Origin: Thermoleophilia bacterium
GTDB taxonomy: Bacteria > Actinomycetota > Thermoleophilia > BMS3ABIN01
Assembly: GCA_041660545.1 (NCBI GenBank)
Contig: JBAZWE010000003.1
Coordinates: 1 to 61,625 of the forward strand
Length of the DNA: 61,625 nt
Direction of reading: 5' to 3'
A program made the translations under genes and the position numbers. Numbering within the stretch: the stretch's first letter is position 1; each line of letters begins with the position of its first letter. Positions 38,882 to 47,998 of the stretch are shown here, piece by piece. The notes below the pieces were generated by a model. The model was not told the DNA's origin. It ran no database searches and was given only the letters and a program-made list of their open reading frames with translations.

Positions 38882-40120
38882 TTGACGAAAGTTGTATTTG
38901 TCTCCTTTCGCCTCAAGGCTCTGGACGGGGTTTCTACAGAGGCGGAGAAATGGATCAATGTGTTCGAGAAATGGGGGTGTGAGGTACACCGGGTAGCCGG
39001 CTATATTCCTATCCCCGAAGTATACGACCATGTAATACCGGAACTCAACCACGACGATCCCGAGATCCAGTCATTTACAAGCGCAGTTTTTTGTGATGAG
39101 CCGGACACGCGCCAGGCCGACCTCGAGTTTGAACGAATCTCGCAGTCAATCGAAGGCTCTATCAGCGCGGTACTGGACGAGATCGGGCCCGACATCATCA
39201 TCGTCGAAAATGTCTTTTCCCTGCCTCTGAACATCCCCCTGTCGGTAGTCCTCTGCCGTTATATTGATGAACACGGCATTCCCTGCATCGCGGTGCATCA
39301 CGATTTCTACTGGCAGAATCCCAGGTTTTCGAAGTGCCACTTTGAGGATATCCTGGCCAGCCATTTTCCGGCGTCGCTGCCTCACATCGTGCATGTCACG
39401 ATCAATGAAAAGAGCCGTGAGGAGCTTTACGAAAGGACTGGCGTTGCCGCAAAATGCATTCGTAATTGCTTCGATTTCAATTCTCCCAGGCAGGTGGACG
39501 ATTTCAACAGCTCCCTGCGCGCGGATCTAGGTCTGAAAAATGGGGAGGTCATGTTCCTGCAGCCGACCCGGGCCATCGAGCGCAAGGGAATCGGGCGGTC
39601 CATCCAGTTCGTGGAAGACTTCGCCGCAGCCAGCGGCAGGCCGGCGCGACTTGTGGTCACCGGCTCCTGCGAGGAGGATTATCACGGAGAGTTCGGCCGG
39701 ATGTGTCGCAATTCGGCAGTCGAGGTATTTCATGTCCCGGAGTGGCTGGGAAGGATCAGGAATGAACCGGGGGCCAAATCATGCTACGACGTCCGTGACG
39801 CTTACGCCTGTTGCGAAATGGTGACTTTCCCCAGCTCCCGCGAGGGGTTCGGCAATCCCGTGCTTGAATCGATCGTCCACCGCAAGCTCCTGCTGGTGGC
39901 AGATTATCCCGTGCTGGATGAGCTCAGAAAATACGGGTTTCAGTTCCTGTCTCTGGAGGGTCATGCGGTTGAGCGGGCCATCAAACTGATGGAATATCCG
40001 CCCCTGATGGAGGAGATGGTCGACCGCAATTTTGAGATCGGCCGCAAACATTTTTCGCTGGACAAGCTCCGGGAGGAAATGGCTGAACTGGTGTCATCGG
40101 TGGCAGTTCCGATGCATTGA
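38882..40120 (+). CDS. GT-B fold glycosyltransferase (GT4-like)
   Basis: C-terminal E-x7-E context 'FPSSREGFGNPVLESI' and a two-Rossmann-domain layout. TTG start. It is preceded by an A/T-rich 290-nt spacer. Confidence 0.7.
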   Translation: MTKVVFVSFRLKALDGVSTEAEKWINVFEKWGCEVHRVAGYIPIPEVYDHVIPELNHDDPEIQSFTSAVFCDEPDTRQADLEFERISQSIEGSISAVLDEIGPDIIIVENVFSLPLNIPLSVVLCRYIDEHGIPCIAVHHDFYWQNPRFSKCHFEDILASHFPASLPHIVHVTINEKSREELYERTGVAAKCIRNCFDFNSPRQVDDFNSSLRADLGLKNGEVMFLQPTRAIERKGIGRSIQFVEDFAAASGRPARLVVTGSCEEDYHGEFGRMCRNSAVEVFHVPEWLGRIRNEPGAKSCYDVRDAYACCEMVTFPSSREGFGNPVLESIVHRKLLLVADYPVLDELRKYGFQFLSLEGHAVERAIKLMEYPPLMEEMVDRNFEIGRKHFSLDKLREEMAELVSSVAVPMH

Positions 40121-40234
40121 GTCTCCAGCCGGATGGGTCAGTGGTTTTTCCTGACATGCGATCCAAAACGGTTGCCGCGCCCGCAAACGGCTTCGAATTT
40201 TACCGCCTATGAGATAAATGTCGCACGCAGCCGT

Positions 40235-40459
40235 CTACTTTACGTTGATCGCGGCGGCAAGTCCGATTGCCGCCATCAGGCCGCTGTATCCGTGATATCC
40301 GGAGAAATACAGGGATATGGCCGTAATAAAACAACCCATGGTTATGATAAGGTATGCTAATCTGGGCAAACTCCCCGATCCCTCCACTTCGTGTTTGTCA
40401 CAATTCATGGCTGAAATCATATTATACTTTATGCCAACGATGAAGGCTTTGGAAGTCAA
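40235..40459 (-). CDS. Hypothetical small membrane protein (weak call)
   Basis: This is the only sizeable ORF in the 360-nt gap between the GT gene and plsX. It has two hydrophobic segments ('LAYLIITMGCFITAISLYF', 'LMAAIGLAAAI'). I found no recognisable RBS or family. Confidence 0.3.
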   Translation of the reverse strand: MTSKAFIVGIKYNMISAMNCDKHEVEGSGSLPRLAYLIITMGCFITAISLYFSGYHGYSGLMAAIGLAAAINVK

Positions 40460-40504
40460 CCGCTGTGTTCAGGTTACAAATTGCCCGGAACCGGTGAGGT
40501 TCTT

Positions 40505-41548
40505 ATGGAAATGACCCCCTATATATCAAAGACAGGCACGCAGACAGTCATCGCCCTGGACGCGATGGGCGGCGATTTTGCGCCCGAAGAAGTCGTTCTT
40601 GGCGCGGCTTTGGTTGCGAGCCCGTCGTTGAGAGTCCTGCTTGTAGGGCATGCGGCCGACATCGAACGCTGCCTTGCCAAAGCTGATCCACGCAGCAGGA
40701 AATATGTTGATATCGTGATCGCGTCAGAAGTCATCGGCTTCGATGAAGAGCCCACCAAGGCCGTCCGCACCAAGAAGGACTCGTCTCTCGTGGTCGCGTG
40801 CCGCGAAGTCGCCGAAGGCAGGGCCGATGGAGTCGTCTCGGCAGGGAATACCGGTGCCATTCTGGCCGCGGCGATGCTGAACCTAAAGCGCATCAGGGGG
40901 CTCAAGCGACCGGGTCTATGCGCGGTTCTGCCGACTCCGAACAAGCCCACTATCTTCATCGACGTGGGTGCCAATTCCACCGTAAGACCACTACATCTGC
41001 TCGAATTCGCCAATATGGCAAGCATATTCGCCCAGGATGTGCTGGATGTACGCGATCCATCGGTCGGGCTGTTGTCCATCGGCGAGGAGTCGATCAAGGG
41101 GGACGATCTGGTTCTCGAAGCCCATCGCCTGATGGCGGAGTCGTCATTCCTGAATTTCTACGGCAATGTCGAGGGGGGCGATATTGTGCGTAACGTGGTG
41201 GACGTGGTCGTCACCGACGGCTTTACCGGCAACGTGAGCTTAAAGCTTATGGAGAGCACATCGTCGCTGATTGTCGAGCAGGTCAAGAAGGCAGCCATGC
41301 GGAGTTTCACCGCCAGACTCGGGGGATTGCTTCTCAAGAAGGAGCTGGGGGATTTCAAAAAGAGCATCGATACGGAGGAGTTCTCGGGTGCCTATCTGCT
41401 TGGTGTTCGCGGCCTGGCAGTCGTATGTCATGGCAATTCCAGCCGTAAATCAATAGGCAGCGCCCTGAAAATCGCCGCGCGAGCATCAGAACAGAAGCTG
41501 ATCAGCAAGCTTGAAGAGCGAATCGCGGCCATGCAGGCCGCCGAATAG
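40505..41548 (+). CDS. plsX: Phosphate acyltransferase PlsX
   Basis: 'VIALDAMGGDFAPEE', 'SAGNTGA' and 'VVTDGFTGNVSLK'. The ATG at 40505 lies 5 nt after GGTGAGG. The ORF track starts at 40481. Confidence 0.94.
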   Translation: MEMTPYISKTGTQTVIALDAMGGDFAPEEVVLGAALVASPSLRVLLVGHAADIERCLAKADPRSRKYVDIVIASEVIGFDEEPTKAVRTKKDSSLVVACREVAEGRADGVVSAGNTGAILAAAMLNLKRIRGLKRPGLCAVLPTPNKPTIFIDVGANSTVRPLHLLEFANMASIFAQDVLDVRDPSVGLLSIGEESIKGDDLVLEAHRLMAESSFLNFYGNVEGGDIVRNVVDVVVTDGFTGNVSLKLMESTSSLIVEQVKKAAMRSFTARLGGLLLKKELGDFKKSIDTEEFSGAYLLGVRGLAVVCHGNSSRKSIGSALKIAARASEQKLISKLEERIAAMQAAE

Positions 41549-41682
41549 ACATCCGCGCTTTAATTTTCCTTCTCATCGTGGTAGATTTTCTCCCAGCGTT
41601 ATTCAACAAAACATCAAAGCGGCGCTGACAGTAAGACCCGGAAAAAACCGAAATTGAAACCAATAGTCACGGAGGCAGCTGC

Positions 41683-41925
41683 ATGACCAAAGAGGAAATC
41701 TTCGACCAAATAAAAGAGATGCTGGTAGATCAGCTGGGCGTTGATGAAGAAGACGTCAAAATGGAAGCTTCATTCCAGAGCGACCTGGATGCGGATTCGC
41801 TGGACCTGGTCGAGATGATCATGGAGATGGAAGACAAGTTCGGTGTCAAGATTTCTGATGAAGATGCAGAGAAGATCCGTACGGTGGGAGACGCCGTCGA
41901 TTTCGTGACGGCCCACAGCAAATAA
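41683..41925 (+). CDS. acpP: Acyl carrier protein
   Basis: 80 aa and acidic, with the phosphopantetheine site '[13 protein letters not shown]'. Confidence 0.96.
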   Translation: MTKEEIFDQIKEMLVDQLGVDEEDVKMEASFQSDLDADSLDLVEMIMEMEDKFGVKISDEDAEKIRTVGDAVDFVTAHSK

Positions 41926-41959
41926 AAACCCGGAGAGATACATACCAGAGCGTTTACTT

Positions 41960-42643
41960 GTGGCATCACTTGCCCAACTAGCAGACAAACTGCAGCCGGA
42001 CCTCGCCCGGCAGGTATTTACCCACTCTTCGTGGGCTTCTGAACGGACCCTCTCTTACGAACGGCTGGAGTTTTTGGGCGACAGTATTCTCGGAGTCTGT
42101 ATCAGCACCGCCATCTTCCAGCGTTATCCCGACTATAATGAAGGCGAACTGGCCAAGGTGCGCGCATATGTGGTCAGCCGCAGCACCTGTTCCATGGTCG
42201 GCGCAGCCATGGAACTGTCGCGGCGCCTGGTTGAATCCGCCGAGGAGGCTGACGCCGCCAACGTGGTCCAGCTGGCCGAGAACGCCAATGTCTTATCCGC
42301 GGTAGTGGAAGCGCTAATCGGAGCCCTTTACCTGCAGTTCGGCCTGGATCACATCCTCGATGCCGTCGTTGGGGCGTTTGACGAGCATATAGCCTATGCC
42401 GCCAGCGAGCACGTGGATTACAAGACCGTGCTTCAGGAGGAAGTCGCCAAGGTTGGACGCGAGGTGACTTATAACGTCATTGCCGTCGATGGACCACCGC
42501 ACGCACGCCGGTTCACATCCGAGGTGCTTCTTGAAGGAGATGTGCTGGGGCGGGGCAGTGGCCGCACAAAGAAGGTATCTCAGCAGGAGGCAGCGAAGGA
42601 AGCTTTGGACGTACTGCGGGCAAAGAAGGAAGGTCCTTCCTGA
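41960..42643 (+). CDS. rnc: Ribonuclease III
   Basis: RNase III signature 'ERLEFLGDSILG' and a C-terminal dsRBD ('GPPHARRFTSEVLLEGDVLGRGSGRTKKVSQQEAAKEAL'). Confidence 0.94.
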   Translation: MASLAQLADKLQPDLARQVFTHSSWASERTLSYERLEFLGDSILGVCISTAIFQRYPDYNEGELAKVRAYVVSRSTCSMVGAAMELSRRLVESAEEADAANVVQLAENANVLSAVVEALIGALYLQFGLDHILDAVVGAFDEHIAYAASEHVDYKTVLQEEVAKVGREVTYNVIAVDGPPHARRFTSEVLLEGDVLGRGSGRTKKVSQQEAAKEALDVLRAKKEGPS

Positions 42644-42650
42644 TCCCGCC

Positions 42651-42684
42651 GCCCGCAGCCCCGACGGTTGCGGGCTCTTTTGTT
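42651..42684 (+). terminator. Rho-independent terminator after rnc
   Basis: GCCCGCA (42651-42657), an 11-nt loop, TGCGGGC (42669-42675), then TCTTTTGTT. Confidence 0.75.
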
Positions 42685-42701
42685 ACAGGGGATATGTTTG
42701 T

Positions 42702-42826
42702 TTTTTCCGAGGAATGGTGGCTGGCGTCCATACAGGGAATCGTAAATAGAATTTTTGCGAGGAATGGTAGATAGAGTTTTTACGAGGAATGGTGAATAGA
42801 GTTTTTACGAGGAATGGTGAATAGTG
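42702..42826 (+). repeat. Tandem 25-nt repeat (three near-identical units plus one diverged, interrupted unit)
   Basis: TTTTTGCGAGGAATGGTAGATAGAG (42752-42776), TTTTTACGAGGAATGGTGAATAGAG (42777-42801) and TTTTTACGAGGAATGGTGAATAGTG (42802-42826). They are preceded by TTTTTCCGAGGAATGGTGG...AATAGA (42702-42751). Confidence 0.9.
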
Positions 42827-42830
42827 ATTT

Positions 42831-42893
42831 GTCATTCTGAGGCGAAGCCGAAGAATCTGCTCATAAGATCCTTCGCCTGCGGCTCAGGATGAC
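42831..42893 (+). repeat. Full palindromic copy of the GTCATTCTGAGG / CCTCAGGATGAC repeat family
   Basis: GTCATTCTGAGGCGAAGCCGAAGAATCtgctcataaGATCCTTCGCCTGCGGCTCAGGATGAC. The right arm is identical over 27 nt to the copy ending at 55165. Confidence 0.9.
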
Positions 42894-42904
42894 AATAAGC
42901 ACTG

Positions 42905-42948
42905 CCATCTGAGGAGCGTTAGCGACGAAGAATCTCGCTCAGGAAGAC
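42905..42948 (+). repeat. Short or compact copy of the same repeat family
   Basis: CCATCTGAGGAGCGTTAGCGACGAAGAATCTCGCTCAGGAAGAC. It shares the CTGAGGAGC...GCGACGAAGAATC core and lies just upstream of the smc RBS. Confidence 0.7.
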
Positions 42949-42994
42949 AAAGTTGTGGCAGCCGGATGTACGGCATTGGGTAGAAAGGAGACAC

Positions 42995-45900
42995 ATGTTT
43001 CTTAAATCTGTGAAGGCTAGGGGATTCAAGTCATTCGCCCGGCCCGTTGAGTTCGGGTTCGAGCCCGGCATTACCGTGGTGGTAGGACCCAACGGCAGTG
43101 GAAAGAGCAACATCGCTGACGCCGTTGTCTGGGCGATGGGTGAGCAGAGCCCCTCCGCGGTGCGTGGCGCCAGCATGCAGGACGTCATCTTTTCCGGAAG
43201 CGACAAAATGGCGCCGGCGGGCATGGCCGAGGTTGAGATTCTCCTGGACAACAGCAGGGGTGTGCTCCCGATAGAATTTTCCGAAGTGCTCGTCTCAAGA
43301 CGGCTTTACCGCGACGGCGAGGGCTCCTATTTCATAAATCGTTCAGCCTGCAGGCTTATCGATGTCGCCGAGTTACTGTCTGACGCCGGCCTGGGCCGGG
43401 ATGGCCATTCCATAATCAGCCAGGGCAAGGTCGATTCGATCCTCGAGAGCAAGCCCTACCAGCGCCGTTCTCATATTGAGGAGGCTGCCGGCCTGGGCAA
43501 GTTCAAGAAACGCCGTCATCGCGCCGAGCGCAAGCTGGAAGCCGTGCGCCGCAACCTGTTGCGTCTGGCTGATATCGAGGAAGAACTAAAGACGAATCTG
43601 CGTCCGCTCAAGCGTCAAGCCACGGCGGCGGAGCGTTCCTCCAAGCTTGATCTGCAGATCGCGGTAGCGCGCACAAAGTTGATCAAGGGAAAGCTCGCCG
43701 AGCTTACCGCCCAGCTGCAGGCCGCCGAGAACGCATCGCACGACGCCGGCGCTCGCAGGCAGGAACTTGAGGCCGAACTGGCTTCGACCGCCGAGGAGCG
43801 GCGCGCCACCGAAGAGCTTTTATCCGCCTCGCTGCAGGAGCACAAGCGGCTTGCAGCGCGTTTTTACAGCCTGAAATCCCAGCAGGAAAATCTTTCTCAC
43901 AGGCGGGAGTCTGTCACGGAGAGACGTGAGACACTCGTCCAGGCGGCCGGCAGGGCTCGCGCTAAAATGGATAATTTCCGCGGACAGATGGAAAGGGTCC
44001 GCGTCGAGCTCGAGCGTGCCGAGACCGAGCACAGTGAGGATACGACGCGCCTGACTCAGATCGAGGAAGAGCTGTCGGCAAGAACGTCAGAGCTGTCCGC
44101 GATCGAGGAGGAGATCAACCGCCGGCGTCAGGCGACCGAGGAAAAGACACGCAAGGTCGGCGAACTTACCGCACTGCGCGACCGATTTTCGCATCAGATC
44201 GAGTATCTCGGACAGCGCAAGCAGAAGCTTGCGGCAGCCATGGAGGGCGCCATCAGTGAAACCGAGGCGCATCGCCGCGAGCTGGACGGTCTTAAACAGC
44301 AGGTTGCGGACGAAGAGGCCAGGATGGCCGAGCGGCGCAAGATAACAGCCGCGGCCGAGGCTGAACTGACAGGTCTGAACGAAAGACGCGCCGAGCTGGA
44401 CTCAAACAGGCAGGAGATAGTTTCGCAACTTAGGAGCGTGGGCGAGGATCTGCGTATCGCCAAGGCCAGGCTCACATTCTTGGGAGACGCGGACCGGGAC
44501 CGCTCGGGATTGCCGGCCGCCGCCAAGAAGATCGCCGAGGAGCACAGCGTCAAGGCTCTCGTGGAGATGATTGATGTCGAGCCCGGTTACGAGCAGGCTG
44601 TCTCAGCCGTGCTGGGCCGGATTCTGTTTGCCTTGAGCGTACAGGACTTAGGGCATGCCGGGCAGCTTTTAAAAGCAGCGCGTGAGGCCGAGCTTGGCAG
44701 TGTCGAGTTCCTGCTTCCTCGTGATGCCGGATCTGACGAGCCGCGCCGCGAAGGCGTGGATTATCTGATCGACCATATAAACATAAACGGCGGTGATAAT
44801 TCCCGAATCGCCGATCTGCTTGCCGGCGTGCGCGTCGTCGAAGAAACGGGAGACCTCAACGACACCGCCAACGGCAGCACATGGGTCACCCGCGATGGCG
44901 TGGTCTATCACGCCGGTCAAAAGCTACTCAGTTTCAAGGCTGATCCGCCTTCATCAGTCGTTCTCAAGCATCGCAACGAACGGCGTCACCTCGAAGAAGA
45001 ACGGGAAGCCGCCGAAGTCCATCACCATCAACTGGAGCAGAAAGCGGCACAGCTCGATTCCGGACTGGCCGAACTCGACACCAGGCGCGCCATGGCGGAG
45101 AATTCGCTGCGAGAGGTTTCCACCCGGATGCGTGAGGCGGAGGGCGAGCTGTCGGGCATCCAGCGCAAGCGCCAGGTACTGGGGCAGGAAGTCGAGCTTA
45201 AAGAGGCTGTCCGCGAACGCCTTGAAGCTGAGGATGCAAAGCTTGACGAGGAGCTGGATGAGGCGAACACAAGGCTGGCCGAAACCGAGGGCGCGCTGTC
45301 CGAGGCAGGTGTATCCGGGGACGGTTTTGAGGGCGCTGACAACGAAACCCTGGTCGCTTCCAGGCTTGAACTCTCCAAGAAGGTGACTGAACTCCAGATC
45401 TCCGCGGCCCGCGTGCGCGAACGCGAGCGGGTCGCCGGCATGACCATCGAGCGTTTCCGTCCCGCGCTGGAACGGCTGGAGCACGATCTGGCCGCGAATA
45501 CTTTCCAGCTGGGCGCATGTGGTTTACTCGAACCTGTCACCGGGCGCCTGCTGGTCATCATGGATAAACTGGATACGGTATACGAGCAGTCGTCGCTTGG
45601 CGTCGAGCAGAAGCTCAGGGAGGGTGAGGAAGAAAGCGAACGCCAGTCCGCGGGCCTGCGCGAGCTTTCGCAGGCCGAGGCACAGCTGCAGCAGCAGCTC
45701 AGCCACGCCAGCGACGCTTCGACCGAACGTGAAGTCAGCGTCACCAGGCTGCGTGACCAGGTCGACGAGCAGTCTGCCCGCCTGAAGGGTCTTAAGGAAA
45801 AATTTCCCGACGCGGGTCTCGAAGATGAAGAGGCGGCCCCGGCGGAGGAACTTGATATTTTTGCCGAGCAGATTGAGCGCCTGGTCAGGCGGCGCGAGCA

Positions 45901-46711
45901 GATCGGCCCGGTGAACCCGCTGGCGCAGCAGGAGTATGAGGAGATGCTCGAGCGTCAGAAGTTCATGGAGGAGCAGCGCACCGATCTGGAGCAGAGCCTC
46001 GATGAGCTGAGCGGACTGATCAAGGAGCTCACCGATCGCATCGAGTCGACTTTCTCGGCTACGTTCGAGGCGGTAAAGCGTCATTTTTCGGACGTGGTAT
46101 CAACACTGTTCCCCGGCGGTGAGGGTAGACTGACAATGGTGGATCCGCCGTCAGCGACCGACGGCATCGAAGATGATGATTCCGCTGAAGGGGCCGGCCT
46201 TTCCGAGGAGGAAGCAGACGAGCTGGCCGCGGCTACGTCGGCCGACCGCCGCGGCATAGAGATCTCGGTAAAGCCCGCGCGCAAAGCAGTGCGCAGCCTG
46301 TCGCTGCTCTCGGGTGGTGAGCGCTCTTTAGTGGCTATCGCTTTCCTTTTTGCGATCTTTCTGGCAAGGCCGGCTCCGTTCTACATCTTGGACGAAGTCG
46401 AGGCGGCGCTGGACGACCTTAACATCGACCGTCTGCTGACGATGCTGCGCCGTTACCAGAACCGGACACAGTTCATAGTCATAACGCATCAGAAGCGCAC
46501 GATGGAAGTGGCCGATGTGCTCTATGGCGTGAGTATGGGCGCGGACGGAACCTCAAAGGTTTTGTCAAGGAAAATGCCGAAAGATACGGTCGCGACCGGG
46601 CAGGCGCAGGAGACAACTGAAGAAATCACCGATGACGCACCGGAGGGTTCGGGCGTCGACGATGCGGGGATAACGCATGAAGAGGCCGAGCCGGCGGCGG
46701 TTGCCAGCTAG
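42995..46711 (+). CDS. smc: Chromosome partition protein Smc
   Basis: 'MFLKSVKARGFKSFA', Walker A 'VVGPNGSGKSNIADA', long coiled coils with a central hinge, signature 'LSGGERSLVAIAF' and Walker B 'FYILDEVEAALD'. The ATG at 42995 lies 5 nt after AAAGGAGA. The ORF track starts at 42953. Confidence 0.96.
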   Translation: MFLKSVKARGFKSFARPVEFGFEPGITVVVGPNGSGKSNIADAVVWAMGEQSPSAVRGASMQDVIFSGSDKMAPAGMAEVEILLDNSRGVLPIEFSEVLVSRRLYRDGEGSYFINRSACRLIDVAELLSDAGLGRDGHSIISQGKVDSILESKPYQRRSHIEEAAGLGKFKKRRHRAERKLEAVRRNLLRLADIEEELKTNLRPLKRQATAAERSSKLDLQIAVARTKLIKGKLAELTAQLQAAENASHDAGARRQELEAELASTAEERRATEELLSASLQEHKRLAARFYSLKSQQENLSHRRESVTERRETLVQAAGRARAKMDNFRGQMERVRVELERAETEHSEDTTRLTQIEEELSARTSELSAIEEEINRRRQATEEKTRKVGELTALRDRFSHQIEYLGQRKQKLAAAMEGAISETEAHRRELDGLKQQVADEEARMAERRKITAAAEAELTGLNERRAELDSNRQEIVSQLRSVGEDLRIAKARLTFLGDADRDRSGLPAAAKKIAEEHSVKALVEMIDVEPGYEQAVSAVLGRILFALSVQDLGHAGQLLKAAREAELGSVEFLLPRDAGSDEPRREGVDYLIDHININGGDNSRIADLLAGVRVVEETGDLNDTANGSTWVTRDGVVYHAGQKLLSFKADPPSSVVLKHRNERRHLEEEREAAEVHHHQLEQKAAQLDSGLAELDTRRAMAENSLREVSTRMREAEGELSGIQRKRQVLGQEVELKEAVRERLEAEDAKLDEELDEANTRLAETEGALSEAGVSGDGFEGADNETLVASRLELSKKVTELQISAARVRERERVAGMTIERFRPALERLEHDLAANTFQLGACGLLEPVTGRLLVIMDKLDTVYEQSSLGVEQKLREGEEESERQSAGLRELSQAEAQLQQQLSHASDASTEREVSVTRLRDQVDEQSARLKGLKEKFPDAGLEDEEAAPAEELDIFAEQIERLVRRREQIGPVNPLAQQEYEEMLERQKFMEEQRTDLEQSLDELSGLIKELTDRIESTFSATFEAVKRHFSDVVSTLFPGGEGRLTMVDPPSATDGIEDDDSAEGAGLSEEEADELAAATSADRRGIEISVKPARKAVRSLSLLSGGERSLVAIAFLFAIFLARPAPFYILDEVEAALDDLNIDRLLTMLRRYQNRTQFIVITHQKRTMEVADVLYGVSMGADGTSKVLSRKMPKDTVATGQAQETTEEITDDAPEGSGVDDAGITHEEAEPAAVAS

Positions 46712-46729
46712 AGGGTGGGGGGCGCAGGC

Positions 46730-46825
46730 GCGGGATGTTGCCTTGCTCCCCGATTCGCGCATACACTTTTTTACAGTCGCGAACTTTTTGCGCGCGAATA
46801 GAAGGTCGCTGCGGCAACATCCCGC
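46730..46825 (+). repeat. Compound inverted repeat (long imperfect hairpin) just after the smc stop
   Basis: The outer 13-bp arms GCGGGATGTTGCC (46730-46742) and GGCAACATCCCGC (46813-46825) are perfect. The inner 8-bp arms are ATTCGCGC (46753-46760) and GCGCGAAT (46792-46799). There is no trailing T-tract. Confidence 0.8.
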
Positions 46826-46902
46826 ACTCCTGTGAGATTAGTTGACAATGTTCTTATTTAAAATTCTGATTGAATTACGATGTGGAACGCTGAACGAGAA
46901 GT

Positions 46903-46934
46903 GTCATCCTGAGGAAGCGAAGGATCTGTATGAC
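46903..46934 (+). repeat. Half-copy of the GTCATYCTGAGG repeat family, overlapping the ftsY start codon
   Basis: GTCATCCTGAGGAAGCGAAGGATCTGTATGAC. The ATG at 46930 used by ftsY lies inside the element. Confidence 0.6.
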
Positions 46935-47922
46935 AAAAACTTGGCATGAAGTATTCAAGGGCGTCGAAGGCTCCTCTTTGGCTGCTGCGCAGCCGGATGC
47001 GGAAGAGGAAAAAAAGAGTGGCTGGCTCAGGCGCTTCAAGGAAGGACTGTCCAAGAGCCGTCAGAATATGCAGCAGCATCTGTCGGCGATCATGTTCGAC
47101 AAGATCGACGCCGACCTCTGGGAACAGCTGGAGGAGACGCTTATTTTCGCCGACTGCGGCGTCAACAGCACGGTTTCAATAGTCGAGCGCATGGAGCAGG
47201 CCGCCAACGATGGCAGGATATTGGGGAAGGACCAGTTCTACTCCCAGCTTGAGGACTCTATAACGGAGATGTTCGCGCAAGGCGATTACCGCATCGATGT
47301 ATCGCACCAGCCGTCGGTCATCCTCATGGTTGGCGTCAACGGAACCGGCAAGACCACGACTATCGGCAAGATCGCATGGCATCTGCAACGTGAGGGCAAG
47401 ACCGTGATGCTGGCTGCTGCCGACACCTTCCGCGCGGCGGCCATCGAGCAGCTGCAGGTGTGGGGAGAGCGGGTGGACGCTCCGGTCATCGCCCAGAAAC
47501 ACGGCAGCGACCCCGGAGCGGTAGTCTTTGACGCCATTACGGCGGCGAAATCGCGCGGCATAGACGTTGTCATCGTCGATACCGCGGGCCGTCTGCATAC
47601 CCAGGTAAACCTGATGGAGGAACTCAAGAAGATCCGGCGCGTTGTCGCCAAGCAGATACCCGACGCTCCCCACGAGACCCTGCTTACCGTCGACGCCACC
47701 ACCGGTCAGAACGGCCTGATCCAGGCACGCTTATTCGGCGAAGCCGTGGAGGTGACAGGCGCCGTGCTGACCAAGCTGGATGGTACCGCGAAAGGTGGCA
47801 TCGCCGTCGCCATCTCCCACGAACTCGGTTTACCCATCAAGCTGGTCGGGGTAGGAGAACAGATGGAAGACCTGCGTCCGTTCGATCCCGGGGATTTTGC
47901 GAAGGCGTTGCTGGAAGCCTGA
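46930..47922 (+). CDS. ftsY: Signal recognition particle receptor FtsY
   Basis: '[16 protein letters not shown]' and the NG domain with '[15 protein letters not shown]', 'DTAGRLH' and '[11 protein letters not shown]'. Confidence 0.95.
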   Translation: MTKTWHEVFKGVEGSSLAAAQPDAEEEKKSGWLRRFKEGLSKSRQNMQQHLSAIMFDKIDADLWEQLEETLIFADCGVNSTVSIVERMEQAANDGRILGKDQFYSQLEDSITEMFAQGDYRIDVSHQPSVILMVGVNGTGKTTTIGKIAWHLQREGKTVMLAAADTFRAAAIEQLQVWGERVDAPVIAQKHGSDPGAVVFDAITAAKSRGIDVVIVDTAGRLHTQVNLMEELKKIRRVVAKQIPDAPHETLLTVDATTGQNGLIQARLFGEAVEVTGAVLTKLDGTAKGGIAVAISHELGLPIKLVGVGEQMEDLRPFDPGDFAKALLEA

Positions 47923-47998
47923 CGAATATGTCTGTCAGAAAGGCGCCGCTTTATGCCAGGCGGCCGTTCAGGAACTGCAAGGAGAGGGCTTGGCGAAG

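Noticed and set aside
42702-42826. Possible CRISPR array, suggested by the regularly repeated 25-26-nt units here and at 55041-55092.
   Set aside because: The units are directly head-to-tail with no unique spacers between them. There are only 2-4 copies, no cas genes are in the window, and the units are continuous with the palindromic REP-like element. This is a tandem satellite, not a CRISPR array.
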